Source of the DNA: Pseudogymnoascus verrucosus
Taxonomy: Eukaryota
Length of the DNA: 64,000 nucleotides
Reading direction: 5' to 3' (one strand)
Assembly (NCBI GenBank): GCA_001662655.1
Contig: KV460231.1
Position 1 is the first letter of the stretch; every line of letters begins with the position of its first letter. Both the position numbers and the translations under genes were made by a program. Below are positions 11,726-25,573 of this stretch, piece after piece. The notes beneath the pieces were generated by a model that did not search any database, was not told the origin of the DNA, and saw only the letters and a program-made list of their open reading frames with translations.

Positions 11726-13136
11726 ATGGGAAATTATCCACTACAGGATGTCTGTCTAGCGGTGATATGCGGCACACCGGTAATCGCGGCCATCTGCACT
11801 GGTCTGCGTGTACTTGCTAGGAGGAGAATCGGTGTGAAGTTGATGGCAGGTAAGCTTTCTTTCCACCTGCGTATAGCGGAGCCGCACTGACAGGGAATTG
11901 CAGACGACTGGCTCGTTATTGCTGCTACTGTATGTTGAAATGTAGAGCTGCCTACCCATTAACGGATGTTGATAGAACAACTAGGTCTTGTCTATAGCAT
12001 TAATTGGCCCTTCGTATGAGTGTATGTTACATCGCCTTCTCGTTACCAAAGAGCCCACTAACTGTCATGTAGATGTCAAGCTATGGCATATCGGAATCCA
12101 CATATGGGACGTCAGTCAGCAAGATATGGAGCCTCCATTTGACAGGAATTATCATGTCAGTTTATCCCATGCTTACAACGCGGCAGGATACAGTCTAATA
12201 CTAACTTCTAACAGGTTCAGCTCAGCTTTAACTTGATAAATTACCTCATCCTACCTCTCGTCAAAGTATCGCTCATAATGCTGCTGCTTAGAGTTGCATC
12301 CATCATCGATCGTGTCCGCATTGCTCTCTACGCATTGCTTGGCATAGTCACAGCAGCTGCCGTTATTCCCTGGTTCATCATGCTCTTCATGTGCCCGCCG
12401 AGGACTGGCAACACCTGGGCTCCCACGACTTTTGGGGGTGCTCGCTGCGTTAATCGCGTTCGGATTGGGGAGCTACAGATATTCGTCACTTCGTTCAGCC
12501 TTTTAACGGACTTATTGGTGCTTCCTATACCATTCATCATCTCACAGAAACTAGTGAGCTTATCACTCCGATCTCGGCTGGTCATAGGCGCCATATTTGC
12601 CTCAACTCTAGCGTAAGTGATACGCACGTCCAGCGCTAGGCATGTCAAGTTCATCTCACTAACGCTACGGTTCTATATCTAGTGTGACAGCGATCAGTGC
12701 GGCCAAGATATATCTTACTTATCTTGATAGACTATACGTTGTAGCTGAGCCGGACTGGACATATCCGATCGATTACTGTGTAAACCATATCGAGAACAAC
12801 GTAGCCATTCTCGTCGCATGTCTCCCAACCTACCGTGGGCTCTTCACTAATGCGGCAAATCGAAATAAACCTACTGCAGCCACTGCAGATATCCGTCGTA
12901 CCTACCCAACGTACGGTATGGGGTCAAGACCAGGAGACGTGGTCTTATCCAATGTTGAGGTCGATGGTGTCAATCCGACAAGGAAGGGTAACGACGTGGG
13001 CATGGCTACCATTGTTACTGGTCTAGTAACTCAGGACAGCAAGTCTGGATCCATTGACCTAGAGTCAGGAGGTGGCAGCTCACATAGCAGAGACTACAGA
13101 CACGATAGCATGGCTGACTTGGTTGGGAAACGTTAA
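11726..13136 (+). CDS. PTH11-like integral membrane protein (fungal rhodopsin domain, no CFEM), multi-exon
   Basis: LRVLARR..ADDWL, LVKVSL, TDLLVLPIP and IENNVAILVACLP motifs; about 7 hydrophobic segments; several short introns and micro-exons. Confidence 0.8.
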
Positions 13137-13958
13137 CGTTATGATAATATGAATATGAAGAACAACAACGCTCCAAACGTATGCATCGCGGTGCTGGCTT
13201 TCTCATGTTTTGTCTTCCATTAACTTGACGTATACGGTAATAAGGATTGCTAAGGTCTACATGCTTGACGGAATCAATAATTTGACAGAGCAAGCCATCG
13301 GCGACAAACGTGCATTCGGGTTATTGCGAATGAGTTTATTAGTGGACAATCTCGACAACAAGTATGGGGACGACTACCGACAACGCAATTGCTGACGAAT
13401 AACGACCTCCATAACAGCGTACTAGTTTCATCTAGAGGTGAAAACTTTCCATGATATGCGTCTGTATTCCGAAGGATTCTACTTGAACAAAATTTGAACA
13501 AAATTAGTGCTGCTAGAGTATCGGTGTGAGGTGTATAGTAGGACAGGAGTTCTTCATTGGTAAACATGCCAAGCCTTTGCTTATGTTGGATTAGCATTAT
13601 TAAGCAATTCTCGAAATGTTTCTAGTCGCATGCAACTGAAGTACGATTGCATGCCAAGCATCCCTGTCGCTCTAATTGTAGCCAATAGGAATCGCACATG
13701 GTATTGTAACACATAGGGTCGTGAGCGGATACGTCATCAATCTTGTGTCTCCAAAAGACGATCAATTATAATAATCATAATGATGAATTCTGTATAAGTA
13801 TGGTCTTTACGTCCTCGATGAATTGAACTTTTGTCATCATCAAACAACCTACAATCAGATACTCCAGCAACAACAGCAACAATCAAAACACTCCAGCTCC
13901 CGAGCATCAATTCACCATTTCCATCCAATCCCATACCATCATCACCCAAACAATAAAA

Positions 13959-14733
13959 ATGTCTCCTCCTCGCCGTGCTCTCATAGCGGTCACTTCCGCC
14001 AATGCTTTGCTCATGGAGGGCAAGCATGTCACTGGTCTCTTCATCGCCGAAGCGCTTCACCCTTACAATGTCCTCACCGCGGCCGGCTTCGAAGTCGACC
14101 TCGCATCTGAGACTGGCAAATACACCGCGGATTGGCTCTCTGAGCAGCCCGACTTCCTGAACGGCAAGGACCTCGAAACCTGGAAAGACACCAACAGCGA
14201 GTTCCGCAAGAAGCTCGATAACATGCCCAAGGCTTCTGAATTGGACCCCTCGAAGTACGGAGTCTTCTTCGCCTCGGCTGGCCATGCTTCTCTGATCGAT
14301 TACCCAACTGCCAAGAGCCTGCAGAACATCGCGGCACAAGTTTGGGCCAATGGAGGCATTGTCTCGTCGGTCTGTCACGGACCGGCTATCTTTGCAAACC
14401 TGATTGATCCGGCGACCAAGGAGCATCTTATCAAGGGAAAGAAGATCACTGGCTTCACCACTGAGGCTGAGATCGACATGGGGATTGAGGCTACAATCAA
14501 GAGCTGGAACGTCGAGTTGGTAGAGGATCTTGCTAAGAGGGTTGGAGCCACATGTAAGTTTGAATTTTCTCCTTGATTACACTACATCATGCTAACTTAT
14601 ATTCTCAGATGAGAGAGGTGCCGGTGTCTGGGATGACTTCCACATTGTTGATGGCCGCCTGATTACAGGCCAAAACCCACAGAGCTCGGTTTCTACCGCG
14701 AAAGCTATTGTTGATGTCTTTGACAAGCTGTGA
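13959..14733 (+). CDS. HSP31: DJ-1/PfpI family Hsp31-like glutathione-independent glyoxalase, 2 exons
   Basis: TGLFIAEALHP, FASAGH, VCHGP nucleophile elbow, ITGFT and ITGQNPQS motifs; intron about 14553-14608. Confidence 0.85.
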
Positions 14734-15342
14734 AAAGGCCTTGTTCTAGGTGATACAGAAGCTCAATAGTCGAATGTGAAAGATGCTACATTGCCACGCG
14801 GTTTACACTGCTACGGTTTTGGGGCCCCTAGGGATAGACAGTGGAGAACGGGTGTAGCGGATGCGATATCTTCGCAAGCGTCCCTTGTCCTTATCGGCTC
14901 CCCCGGAACCAGGCCAGGGGTTCGGTATGTGGGGTTCGGGATTTTGAAAAATAGTTAATACCAATTCATCAGTCTTCATCAAACTCAGGGCTCATAGTCA
15001 CCTCAAAATAAAACGTGCAATAATGTAGTTCAATAAAATCTAACATTATCTTTATAGTTAAGCTTTCCGTCGTCTTTCAAAATCCCACTCCGATTGATTA
15101 ATCTTGGCAAAAAACAAGCTCTGGTGCACGGTTGCGGGTAATGACGTATGTGTATTGTATCTCGGGAACGTTGCCGTGTCCCACCAACCTTATCGGGGTA
15201 GAGCTCAGGACTTCCCTTCTCTCTCTTTACATCCTCTTTCTTTCCCTAATTTCTCTCAATTGAATCTCGCGTTTCCGTCTTTTATTCTGAGCATTGCTAG
15301 CTATCTATTTGTTTGCAATATATACACAACACAGTCGTCAAC

Positions 15343-16379
15343 ATGGCTTCCTCAGCGGTTGAGAAGGTTCTCCCAAAACCTAAGATAGAGATGTACAGCG
15401 GATCATACTTCCTTGCCTGCGGCTTGGGCGGAATTGTCGGTTTGTATTTCTTTCGATTCAATCGCATCAGCAGCTAATCGCTCCCAGCCTGCGGTCCAAC
15501 CCACACAGCTATTACCCCCCTCGACCTAGTCAAATGCCGGCGCCAAGTCGATCCCAAAATCTACTCCTCAAATGTAAACGGCTGGAAAACCATCTACCGG
15601 GACGCCGGACTACGCGGAGTCTTCTTCGGTTGGTCACCTACGCTTGTCGGGTACTCGTGTCAGGGTGCAGGGAAATATGGATTCTACGAAGTCTTCAAGT
15701 ACCTCTACGGCCAGAAACTCTTCCCCAATACGAATAAGACTGTTGTTTTCCTCGGCGCCTCGGCAACTGCGGAGGCTATCGCTGATCTGGCGCTCTGTCC
15801 GTTCGAGGCGATTAAAGTGAGGATGCAGACGACACTGCCGCCGTTCGCGAATAACATGCGCGAAGGATGGGCTAAGATTGTCCGTGATGAGGGATATGCT
15901 GGGTATGTCTATCTTATCACTAAGGCCCCCTTCTCTCTCGCAGTAAGCTAATAAACACTAGCCTTTACAAGGGTCTCTACCCACTCTGGGCCCGCCAGAT
16001 CCCTTATACTATGGTTAAGTTCGCGACGTTCGAGACAGCCGTCGAGTCCATCTACACGTACCTTGAGCGCCCTAAAACCTCATTTAACAAGACAGAGCAG
16101 CTCGTTGTGTCTTTCGCGGGAGGTGTCATCGCTGGTATCTGCTGCGCCATTGTCTCTCACCCTGCCGACGTTATGGTTTCCAAGCTCAACTCGGAGCGCA
16201 AGGCTGGTGAGGGCGCAGGACAAGCCGTCTCTCGCATCTATAGCAGGATTGGGTTTGCGGGACTTTGGAACGGATTGCCGGTTAGGATTGCGATGTTGAG
16301 TATCCTGACGGGTTCTCAGTGGTGTATCTTTGATAGTTTTAAGGTTGGCCTCGGCTTGCCGACCACTGGTGGCCATTAG
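15343..16379 (+). CDS. Mitochondrial phosphate carrier (Pic2/Mir1 family), 3 exons
   Basis: Three carrier signatures [16 protein letters not shown] and [18 protein letters not shown] motif. Confidence 0.9.
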
Positions 16380-16769
16380 AAGTATATGGAACTGCGGTTA
16401 GCAACACGTTTACTACCATAGCGATGTATTAATGCGAGACAATTAAACCAGCCACATTTTCAGTGGCGTTGCTATATATATCCACGATATCGCCATAAAT
16501 AGGCCTGTCATTTAGGATCGAACTGTCTGTGCGCCCCCAAACCAACCGCATTCGTACATCACAGGCAATAACAATTAATAACACATCTTATTATGTCCAC
16601 TATTATTCCATGGTAAAACCAATATACCGTGGGTTTACTACAAACACTGCGTTATGTCTTCACCTAGACGATATCCTTCTCCTCCTCCGCCGCCCTCTAC
16701 GCCCCTTTGCGTCCTTTCAGCCCGCCTCCTCCCCGCCTGCTCCCCCACCACCAGCTTTAATTGAGCTCC

Positions 16770-18391
16770 TTAGAAAGGAACGCGAAGCGATTGAAAATGC
16801 TATAACTTATGATGACAATATTCTTGTCTGGATCGCCTATCCCGCACAGAAACTAGCGTTCTGAGCTTTCTTACACTCACAAAAATCTGAGATCGACAGG
16901 GTCGTGGCGCATCACCTACAACTAGAAGTGACAGCTTGCCAAATGGAATATGTAAATACTTAGGTATCAGGCAGTTTCAGCGTCTGCATTCCGGTTTGCA
17001 TTGACCAGTTGTCAGGCACTCGTGTGCTTATTAGGGTACCATTGCCATACAAGATTGGCGAGCGAAACAATGCTGGACATGTAGACGAGAAACTTCGATG
17101 TGAGGCTACATCGTACATGTGGATTCAAGAGAATTCTCCTGAGATTCCAATACCAAAGTTGTTCGGATGTGTATCCCATATATTCCTTCCAAGTCTATAT
17201 TACTTTACTGATGGCCAAACGGTATGTCTTACGTCTACAATTCTCTCTGGTCAATTATAGAACCAATTTAATAATGGCAACAGTTTACCACCGCTGAAAA
17301 GGTTCCCTTTCTTCGTCGACTTGTCTGGCGAATGAACAGAGCATTTCGATCTTTATTACGACTACCAACTACATGCCACTATGTGGCGCGCAGCTATCCT
17401 GATACTCTGAAGACTGGGTATCTAATTATGAGCTATGTCACTGACGGAGCGATGCCTACTAAGTCTTGGGCAGCACATCGCCATGATGGCGCGCGGCGTT
17501 CCAACCTCTTCCATGGCCTGACTCGTATCATGCTTTCTCTCGGCAAGTCACGCCTTCCGCGCATCGGTTCCTTTACCTTGGATAATTCTGGCATCATATC
17601 TCTTACAAATCACCCACTTACTCTCCGGCTTCAAGCCTTGGAAAACGACGGCACTGACACAGGTATTAGCAGGGACTACACTTATTCAGCAGTGGACCAG
17701 TATCTTTTCGATTTTCTAAACTGTCATAATAGTCGCATATATCAACAGCCAAATTCAGTCCATCACCAAGATGACGGCCGCCAGCAGTTTGCCGCTCTTA
17801 CTATGATGAGGGCTATTATTCCGCATTTTGTTGACCGCAATCTTCCGCATGTGCCGTTTATATTCACTTTGACGGATATGCACCAGAGCAACATTTTTGG
17901 AATATTACTTCGCTGATTGACTTGGAGTGGGGCTACTCTTTGCCTGTCGAGTTGCAAGGTCCTCCCTACTGGTTATCAGGGCGACCTGTTGATGGGATGC
18001 CTCCGGGTGAACAACACCTTGAAGCCTTTGGAGACATGGTCACAGAATTCATCAAGGCGTTCGAGGTCGAAGATGCTCTTGTTATAGACAAGGGGCAACC
18101 GTTATTCCAATCAACGATTATGAGGAAGTGCTGGGAGACCGGGAGCTTCTGGTATTTTCATGCGGTGAACAGTCCAAAGGGTATGTATACTCTCTTCAAT
18201 GATCATATCCAGCGCATATTCTGTGCCGAACACTGCGATACGACGCTTTTCGACAGGGTGGTATCATCATATTGGGCCGTGATGTTGACGCTGTGATTGA
18301 GGAGAAGCTCAAGGAAGAAGATCATTATAAAGAGCAACTACGGATTGCGTTCATCGCCGACCCTGGTCTCATGGATAGCACCCGTAAGTGA
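16770..18391 (+). pseudogene. APH-like phosphotransferase pseudogene
   Basis: GSFSVCIPV, RVPLPYKIGE, DEKLRCEA, LPRIGS and TDMHQSNIF/WNITSLIDLEW motifs; in-frame TGA at 16862-16864, frameshifting deletion near 17897, second frameshift near 18280. Confidence 0.8.
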
Positions 18392-18596
18392 TATACGCTT
18401 GGTTTGATCATGAAGTTGGACGAGCGATTAGCGATGAGATTTACTTGGGCGGATATATTAATAAATATCGCGGGGAGTTATAACGGTGTACCATACCCAT
18501 ACATTTTCACAGGCGAAAATGAGACCCTAGCACACAAGCGTCTTAATCAGAAACCAAAATGCATTCTATGGATATTTTCACAAATGCAAATGCGTA

Positions 18597-21416
18597 CTAT
18601 AACAACGGCGTGTCATGCGCCCCAGGACTAATGGGATCTCCGGCATCACCCCCGCCTCTCAATAATCCATCTCCATCGTCTTCTTCCTCTTCCCTCGCCA
18701 TTCTCACCTGGTTATATTCGGTTCCGTCAACAGTATCTCTCCTCGAACTTCCCGCTCCATTAAGGACATATGATATGTCCTTCTTTGTGAGGAGCCCCTG
18801 TAAAACTCCGCGACTGGTGAAGAGAATGTATCGGAGGCCAAGCTTCTGGAAGTAAGTCGCCGTTAACTGCATTGTTGACCGGCCCGGGAGAGTAATGGGT
18901 GTCTGGTCCATCCAGGGCCGGAGATCAAGCGTGCTTTGAGGGTCAGCAAGTGGCTGGTGTGCAAAGAATACTTCCGTCTCTGGCGGGAGGTTGCGGGGGT
19001 GTCGGGTGGAGACGTGGAGATTGTAGATGAGCTCGCCCCGGGATATATATCCCAGGAGAATGGCGCTGCGCAGATCCGAAATGACCGGAAATCCACGGTA
19101 GGGATTGGCAGCTAATATGTCCTTCAAAGACCCAATTGTGTGGCCTGTTGCAGTAAGAACGATGAGATCGTCAATCCGAGTCATGACATCACTAACTGGA
19201 ATGTCTGGAATCGAGAGCTCAGAATTATCCAGGAATGGGTACTCATTTGCGTGGATCCAGCTCTCATAAATTCCTCGCTTCCCAAAGGCGTCGCCAACCC
19301 ACTTGCTAACCATGACGGCGATCATAATTGGTAAGACATAGGTCAACGCGCCTGTAAGCTCGAACATGATGACAACAATTGAGACGGTCATTCGAGTAAC
19401 ACCTCCGAGTGCGGCTGCGGCACCAATGATGGCATACGTCCCAGGGACAACGCATGTAACATCAGGCGCGCAAGCGGCGAAGGCAAAGAAACCTGGGTGG
19501 TTCCGCACCCAAATCTCCATAATAATCCCGACTGCACGTCCAAACAGAGCTCCAATAGCCATCGATGGCAAGATGATTCCAGCCGGGATGTGCAAGCCAA
19601 AGGTTATAGTTGCGAGGAAAAACCCTACAAGTGCGGCAAGGATTAAGAGAACGACGGCGCCAACCGTCGCAGCACCTTTCGAGCAAAGACCAAATTGGTC
19701 ATCGACGATCGTAGAACATTCTGCAAATAGCGAGTAGACCAGTTCTGACGTCTGAGAACGCATGTAGATGTTCGGGTAGTTGATCAGGGCGGTGAGAAGG
19801 GCGACCACGATGACCAAAGTAACTGGCCCTGGAAGCCAGGTGGTGGATTTCTTCCATGAGGCCACGGCCATATTGGCTTTAATAAAAAGGCCACCGTAGA
19901 TGCCGCCAAATATTCCCAGTATCACGAATGGTACCATTTCAAACCCATGGAATCCCGTAGTGTACGTAACCTGGTACAGCACGAGCTTGCCAGTGCGAAA
20001 AGGATCGAGAGTCTGCAGAGTAACCGCCGCAGCCATCGCACAAACGAAACTTTGCCACATGGTTTTGTCTGGGAAATAGTACGACAGTTGCTCAAGACTG
20101 AACAAGACCCCACCGATAGGGGTACCAAAGGCAACAGATATTCCAGCTGCTGCCGCTGCCGAAAGAACTTCTCGTTTTCGTGCTGAAATACAATTAGCGC
20201 CATCAAACTAAGAATATGGGAAAGCATACCTTCGTTATTATTTATATTAGAGAAAAACTTCATGAAAAGGTTTGCGCAGCAACATGCTACATGTACGAGA
20301 GGCCCTTCCTTGCCGAGCCACATGCCAGATGCCACAGCCAGACACTGTGCCAGTTAGCAACGGAAAATATCAGATAACGTGGACACATACCAAGCCGATG
20401 GATTTAACCAGCAGAGTCCATCCCCCAAGGAATTTATGAATAACAAAACCACCAAGAACAGTCTTGATCTCGGGTATCCCACTATGCTTCGCATAGACTG
20501 CATATGTCTTCACCAAGACGCTCGCACATGTCGCAAATAAAACCTGCAAAGTCAGTATAGCATAAGCAGCCGATGGAGGTGCACTTACAGAATATAAAAT
20601 GTAGAAAAGGTACTCTATAAACCATTTCCCACCCGTAGATGAAACGTGGAGAGTCGAACTCCACGGAACCCAATCTTGGCACTTCGACCATTCTTCATAG
20701 CCCCAGCAGCAGAAGCTCTTGTTCAAATAGAACCTGCCCCCATCAGTTCCCGCAGAGCAGTATCCTTCTTTTATATCTCCCAGCCAGCCACTAGTTATAT
20801 CAATCCCAGCAGCGATTAGCCCCACAGCGATCCCCGTCAAAACTAAAACAATCCAAATCTGGCTGGCATCAGCCATTTGACGTGCATAGCCAATTATTCC
20901 ACTTGTATTCGAGTATAGTACCCGTAGGCGTTGGCGCTCCTTGGTGTACTCGAAAATCCAATCAATGGCTGTCAAGTTTTCGTATCCCACTCGGTGTCCT
21001 GGTCCTTCGATGACCCAGTCTAGACTATTGCCATCCTTTGGCTGGTCTGCTGGTAACCCGCTTCCACCCGTATTTCCATTCTGTATCGGTCCATCGCTAG
21101 ATCCTGGTGTCGCCGTCCCTGGGCCACTCCCCGTCGTTGGAGGGCTTGTATTCTTTCGTGAGAACGGCGATAAGAAGCCGGAAAGCCCCATTGTGCCAGC
21201 GATTCCACCACTCTGTTTCCGCTTCCGCTTGAACGACGGGAACTCGCCATCGAAATCGGCTAATGGGTCTTCGCCCAGGAGGGTTCTGTCTCTATTGACA
21301 GCTGCGACAGGGTCGTCGTCATCGCTGTCATCCATCAAGGGTATATCATTATCGTAAGCGGATGATGGATTCGCAGGCTCCCTAGCCGATAAATTACCGA
21401 TGATTGAACTCGGCAT
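18597..21416 (-). CDS. CLC family chloride channel/transporter with C-terminal CBS domains, 4 exons
   Basis: [24 protein letters not shown] and GIYESWI motifs; CBS pair; introns near 20544-20588, 20346-20390 and 20183-20229. Confidence 0.92.
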
Positions 21417-21652
21417 ATCTATATGTTTCTTGGGCGGCCTCGCATTTCGAATGTATGTCCTCGAAGCTGTTTCGCGACGAGGCTGAACAACCAGGTTGCG
21501 CAATCTACACTGTGCCACCACCAGAGACACGGATAAATAATGTTCCGATACTATGAAAGGCACATCCATAGCCTTATCTAAAATCATCGAAAACCAATAT
21601 CAATTTAGACGTCCCAACCTTCCTTATTATATCGTGCAATGATTTGATCAAT

Positions 21653-23712
21653 ATGGACGAAAATCGCTCTTCAACTGGAGATGGTCCGTCTGTGACTGCC
21701 CAGGACCCCTCGGCTGGATTAGACCAGATCCGAGGATTTCTGAAGGCTAAAGACGATACATCCAGGTTCGTCGGCCTCGCCCTCCTCAAATCCGTTTTAG
21801 ATACCCAGGCTCAGTTACGAGAAGATGCTGTCCAAGTCAACTCTCTATGGGAGTCGATATCGCCAAAATTCCTTGACAAGCTTCTCCGAGCTACGAAGAA
21901 TGATCATGTGACGGCTGATGAAGCGAGAAATATGATCGATATAGCTGTTGGGGTATTACATACATTTGCTATTATTCTGCCAGAGGAGTCTCGGGAGGAC
22001 AAACGATTCATCGGGAGGATAGAACCCCTTGCTAATTGTCTTGTACAGAGGTTAGTGTCAAAAACCCTCTATATACACACGTGACTGACAATATCAAAGC
22101 TCTCCGGAAAGCGCTGTTTTAGTCTTGCAAACTCTCCTAACGCTGGCCAGTTGCACTGTTGGTGCTTCTCAAATTATTCAGGTTAAAGATGTGACCCCAT
22201 TAACAGAGCTGGCTACGCAACAACCGCTTGTTCTTGATGTTATTGGGCTGTCCTGGTCCAACGCTTCCACCGCCAAATCAAACCTAAATATCGTGTCATC
22301 CAGTATTGACGACATCATGCCTAAGCTTATTGTTGCATTCAAAGATACCGATGCAGTGACATTGTTAGCTTTTACTGCCGACACTTTTTCAAAAGTACCG
22401 CCCGAGGTTAGTAACTACGCTCTATGGTCAAACACCGTAATTACTGACACCTTATCAGGTTCTCCGTACGGATCCGTCATGGCTTGAGGGGCTGATTATT
22501 CTGTTAAAAAAGCTTGTCACAAGCCGGCCCACTGCTACAGGGAGAGCAGCTTATATAGAAGCAGCTGCTACACTGCTTCAAGTATTTCAACAGTCCTGCC
22601 CTGGTCGTCTCTTCCGAGATGATACGCAGCGTGATGCAACCGCCAAGCCGTTCTCTTACCTCCTCGTTAATTTAATTCTAATCGACATCCGGTCTTCTTT
22701 CCCGACTCTTCTATCAAAATTAAATAGCTCAGACTATCCGTCGACAGCACGAAGGCTCGCCGGAGGCTTCGATGTAATTTCTGGCTTCATAGGCTTCCTT
22801 GTGCGAAGTCTTGATGATATTGATGAGGGAAATGGGTCTTCTACCCTAACCACATCTCCAGATCTTCTGTTGAAGCTCCGAAAAGACATTGCAGAAACAA
22901 TGTCGTTAGCAATAGAGTATATGAGAGACCGGTGGGATGCATCGGTTGCTGGAGTCTCCGGTCTCCATCCAGAAGCTAGGACTGGAACGTCAGCAACATC
23001 TGAAGGCACTCGCCTCACTCTAACATGGGGCTCGATGGAGGACAACATCCCAGATGATCCACTGATTCTTGCAAGCATTCGGACGCTTGCCATTTGGCTG
23101 CGTGAAGATGAAAATGAGAATATGCGCAGCGAGAGCGCAGGTTTGACGGATATGTTAATAGAACTATACAAGACTCCGTCATCCAAGTCATTGGATTTCA
23201 AATATCCGATCTTAACTGCTCTGGAGGCGACCTTGACCACAGAAGGTGGGGTCGATGGGTTTTTGTCCCACGATGCTTGGGCAGTCTTGACGGAAGATCT
23301 CGAGTCTATCGTGAGATATACGACAGCTGAGCCTGCAAGCAATGTCAATTCCGAGGCCTCTCGGGGGATTGAGATAATTCGAGTTTTACTTGCCGTCGTC
23401 GATGACACAGCTGTTACGGAACCTCATCATCATTGGATGAAAATTGCCCAAACAGCAGCGTCAATGAAACCAGGCCCCAAGCTGATCGCGCCATGGGTCA
23501 TGGAACTTAAAATTGCCATGATCCAATTAGCAGCTGCATTGCTGCATAAAGCTTCTCCCGGAATGCGGAAGCGATATCGACCTACTGCAGTAGCACTGTC
23601 TGGATTATCCCAGGCCCTTCAAACGCAGCTCAGAGATGGCAAGAATCTTATGCCACAGGACTTTCAGGATTCCATCGATGATGTTGTTTTGGAATTGGCC
23701 AATTTAGACTGA
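21653..23712 (+). CDS. Neurochondrin-like (DUF1941-type) helical protein, 3 exons
   Basis: LKAKDDTSRFVGLALLKS, LILIDIRSS and RTLAIWLREDENE motifs typical of fungal neurochondrin homologues; introns near 22051-22099 and 22407-22458. Confidence 0.7.
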
Positions 23713-24376
23713 ATGTTGCGTTCAAGTCTTCACATATGATCTCACGATAAAACAAATTAGTATTATCACTGCCATTATTTGTATGGATAAAGCGTCGGAA
23801 GTGGAGTTCAAATCGAAGGATTCCGGGATTCCGGGCATTTGACATTCCGATACTTCAGTTACGAGCAACCGCAGTCAAATTTACGTACTGCCCTAGGCGG
23901 AGGAAGCTGACATGCCTTGCCAGCAAATTGCCAGAAGGACGAATAGTGATCAAAATTGCCGGAATGGGAAATGTCATCATCTTCGGGAATGTGGTTTCCG
24001 CGCAGGGGCGAAGCAGACGCATTCTGGTTCGGTCTAAAGCTGTCAGAGGGGACCCAGAGCGCCAGTTCATTGGATTTGGCAGGGGGTAGGCGCAGTGAGG
24101 CCCTATTATTAGTGTGGCTGAAGTGCTCGGATCCCGGTCGACTAGCTAAATTAAGCGCGAAACCGCAGGTTCCCCTGCCATTGACATATAACAGGGCTTA
24201 CGTGATATTCTATATAATATAGACGCTCTGGGTTCCGAATCTACGAAATATGCATTTATTTCTTTAAGTGTGACAGTCTCCAGCAATTGTTTCGTTTCTT
24301 TTCTGTATCATCTCTGCGATTTGCAATTACGACTTATAAATCCTCACTTTCACATTCCTCAGCAACCAAGCCAAAC

Positions 24377-25347
24377 ATGTTAAACGATTCCACTCACTAC
24401 GATCCAGCCACCTACATCAATGATTCGGAAGAGAATCGAGATGACAAGCACCTAATCGGCAACCGGGCGCAAGCCAGCCCCGTCCCACCGATATCCGTCT
24501 CTCCCGATATTCAACAAGCCCGAAACACCTTCATGTCCGCCAACAAAGGTTTCATGGCGAATGAGAAGACCTCCTCAGACCAGCCAACTTACGGGCGCCC
24601 AATCTATATTACGCGACTCTGTCTGCGCATCCTCTCGCTCGTCCTGAGCCTCGGCGTCGTCGGTCTGGTAGCCTCCGTTATGGTGCGACATGCACAGACG
24701 AAAGACCTCATAGCTGTCAATCCCCGGACAGGCTTGACATATCGCGTGTGGCCACTCGCTACGAATTTTGTGCCCAGCAACCTGCTATTAGGGGCGGCTG
24801 CCATTGCATCGATAGGAAGCTTAGGGTTGGTAATTGCCAGTTTTACAAAGAGCGTGAGTGGCCCTTATTGATTTGAGAAGCGTCGAGAGATGCGACAGAG
24901 AGGAAGGGTACCAAAACTGACACAACGCAGGTACGTCGACTCACAAAGATTGGAGCTGTTACAACGCTATGTGTGTCTATCACGGCAACTGTGCTTTGGA
25001 TCGCGGCCACGACATACTTCAAGCTCTGGGATTCGAAGAAGAGGACATACTTCGACCTATGGTCGTGGACTTGTACTCATCAGACTAGTTTCAAGACAAA
25101 TGGTGTCGATATGGCCCCACTGTGCCTACAAATGGTAAGTCTTCAATCATTTATATGCTCTTCGGGGCATTGGCATTCACATATGTGACGGACTTGATTT
25201 GCTAACTGTGTGTAGAGAGTAGCATGGTATATCGCTGTGGCTGTTGCGGCAGTTGAGATCCTAGCGATTGGGACCTGTATTTTGGCGCTTCTGAAGGGGA
25301 GGAAGACGTACCAGGCTCTTGGTGCCGAGGGGTTGCGGTTCAGATAA
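24377..25347 (+). CDS. Hypothetical 4-TM membrane protein (MARVEL-like topology), 3 exons
   Basis: Four hydrophobic segments; DLWSWTC and LCLQM extracellular Cys pair; introns start near 24854 and 25135. Confidence 0.65.
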
Positions 25348-25573
25348 CGGATTGATGAAGAATGAACTATAGTACGAATGGATTGCTGGAGATAAGTCTT
25401 GTTATTTAATGCATTGGTTGGAGTAGTGTGTAGTTTACGAGTTAGTATTAAGATATTAGATTAAACGTATTTATATTGTCACATAACATAGTTATTTCTT
25501 GAAACACTGTCACAGTTAATTTCTCATTCAAACTTTGTATTGCAACATATACACATATTTCACAAATCAATCA

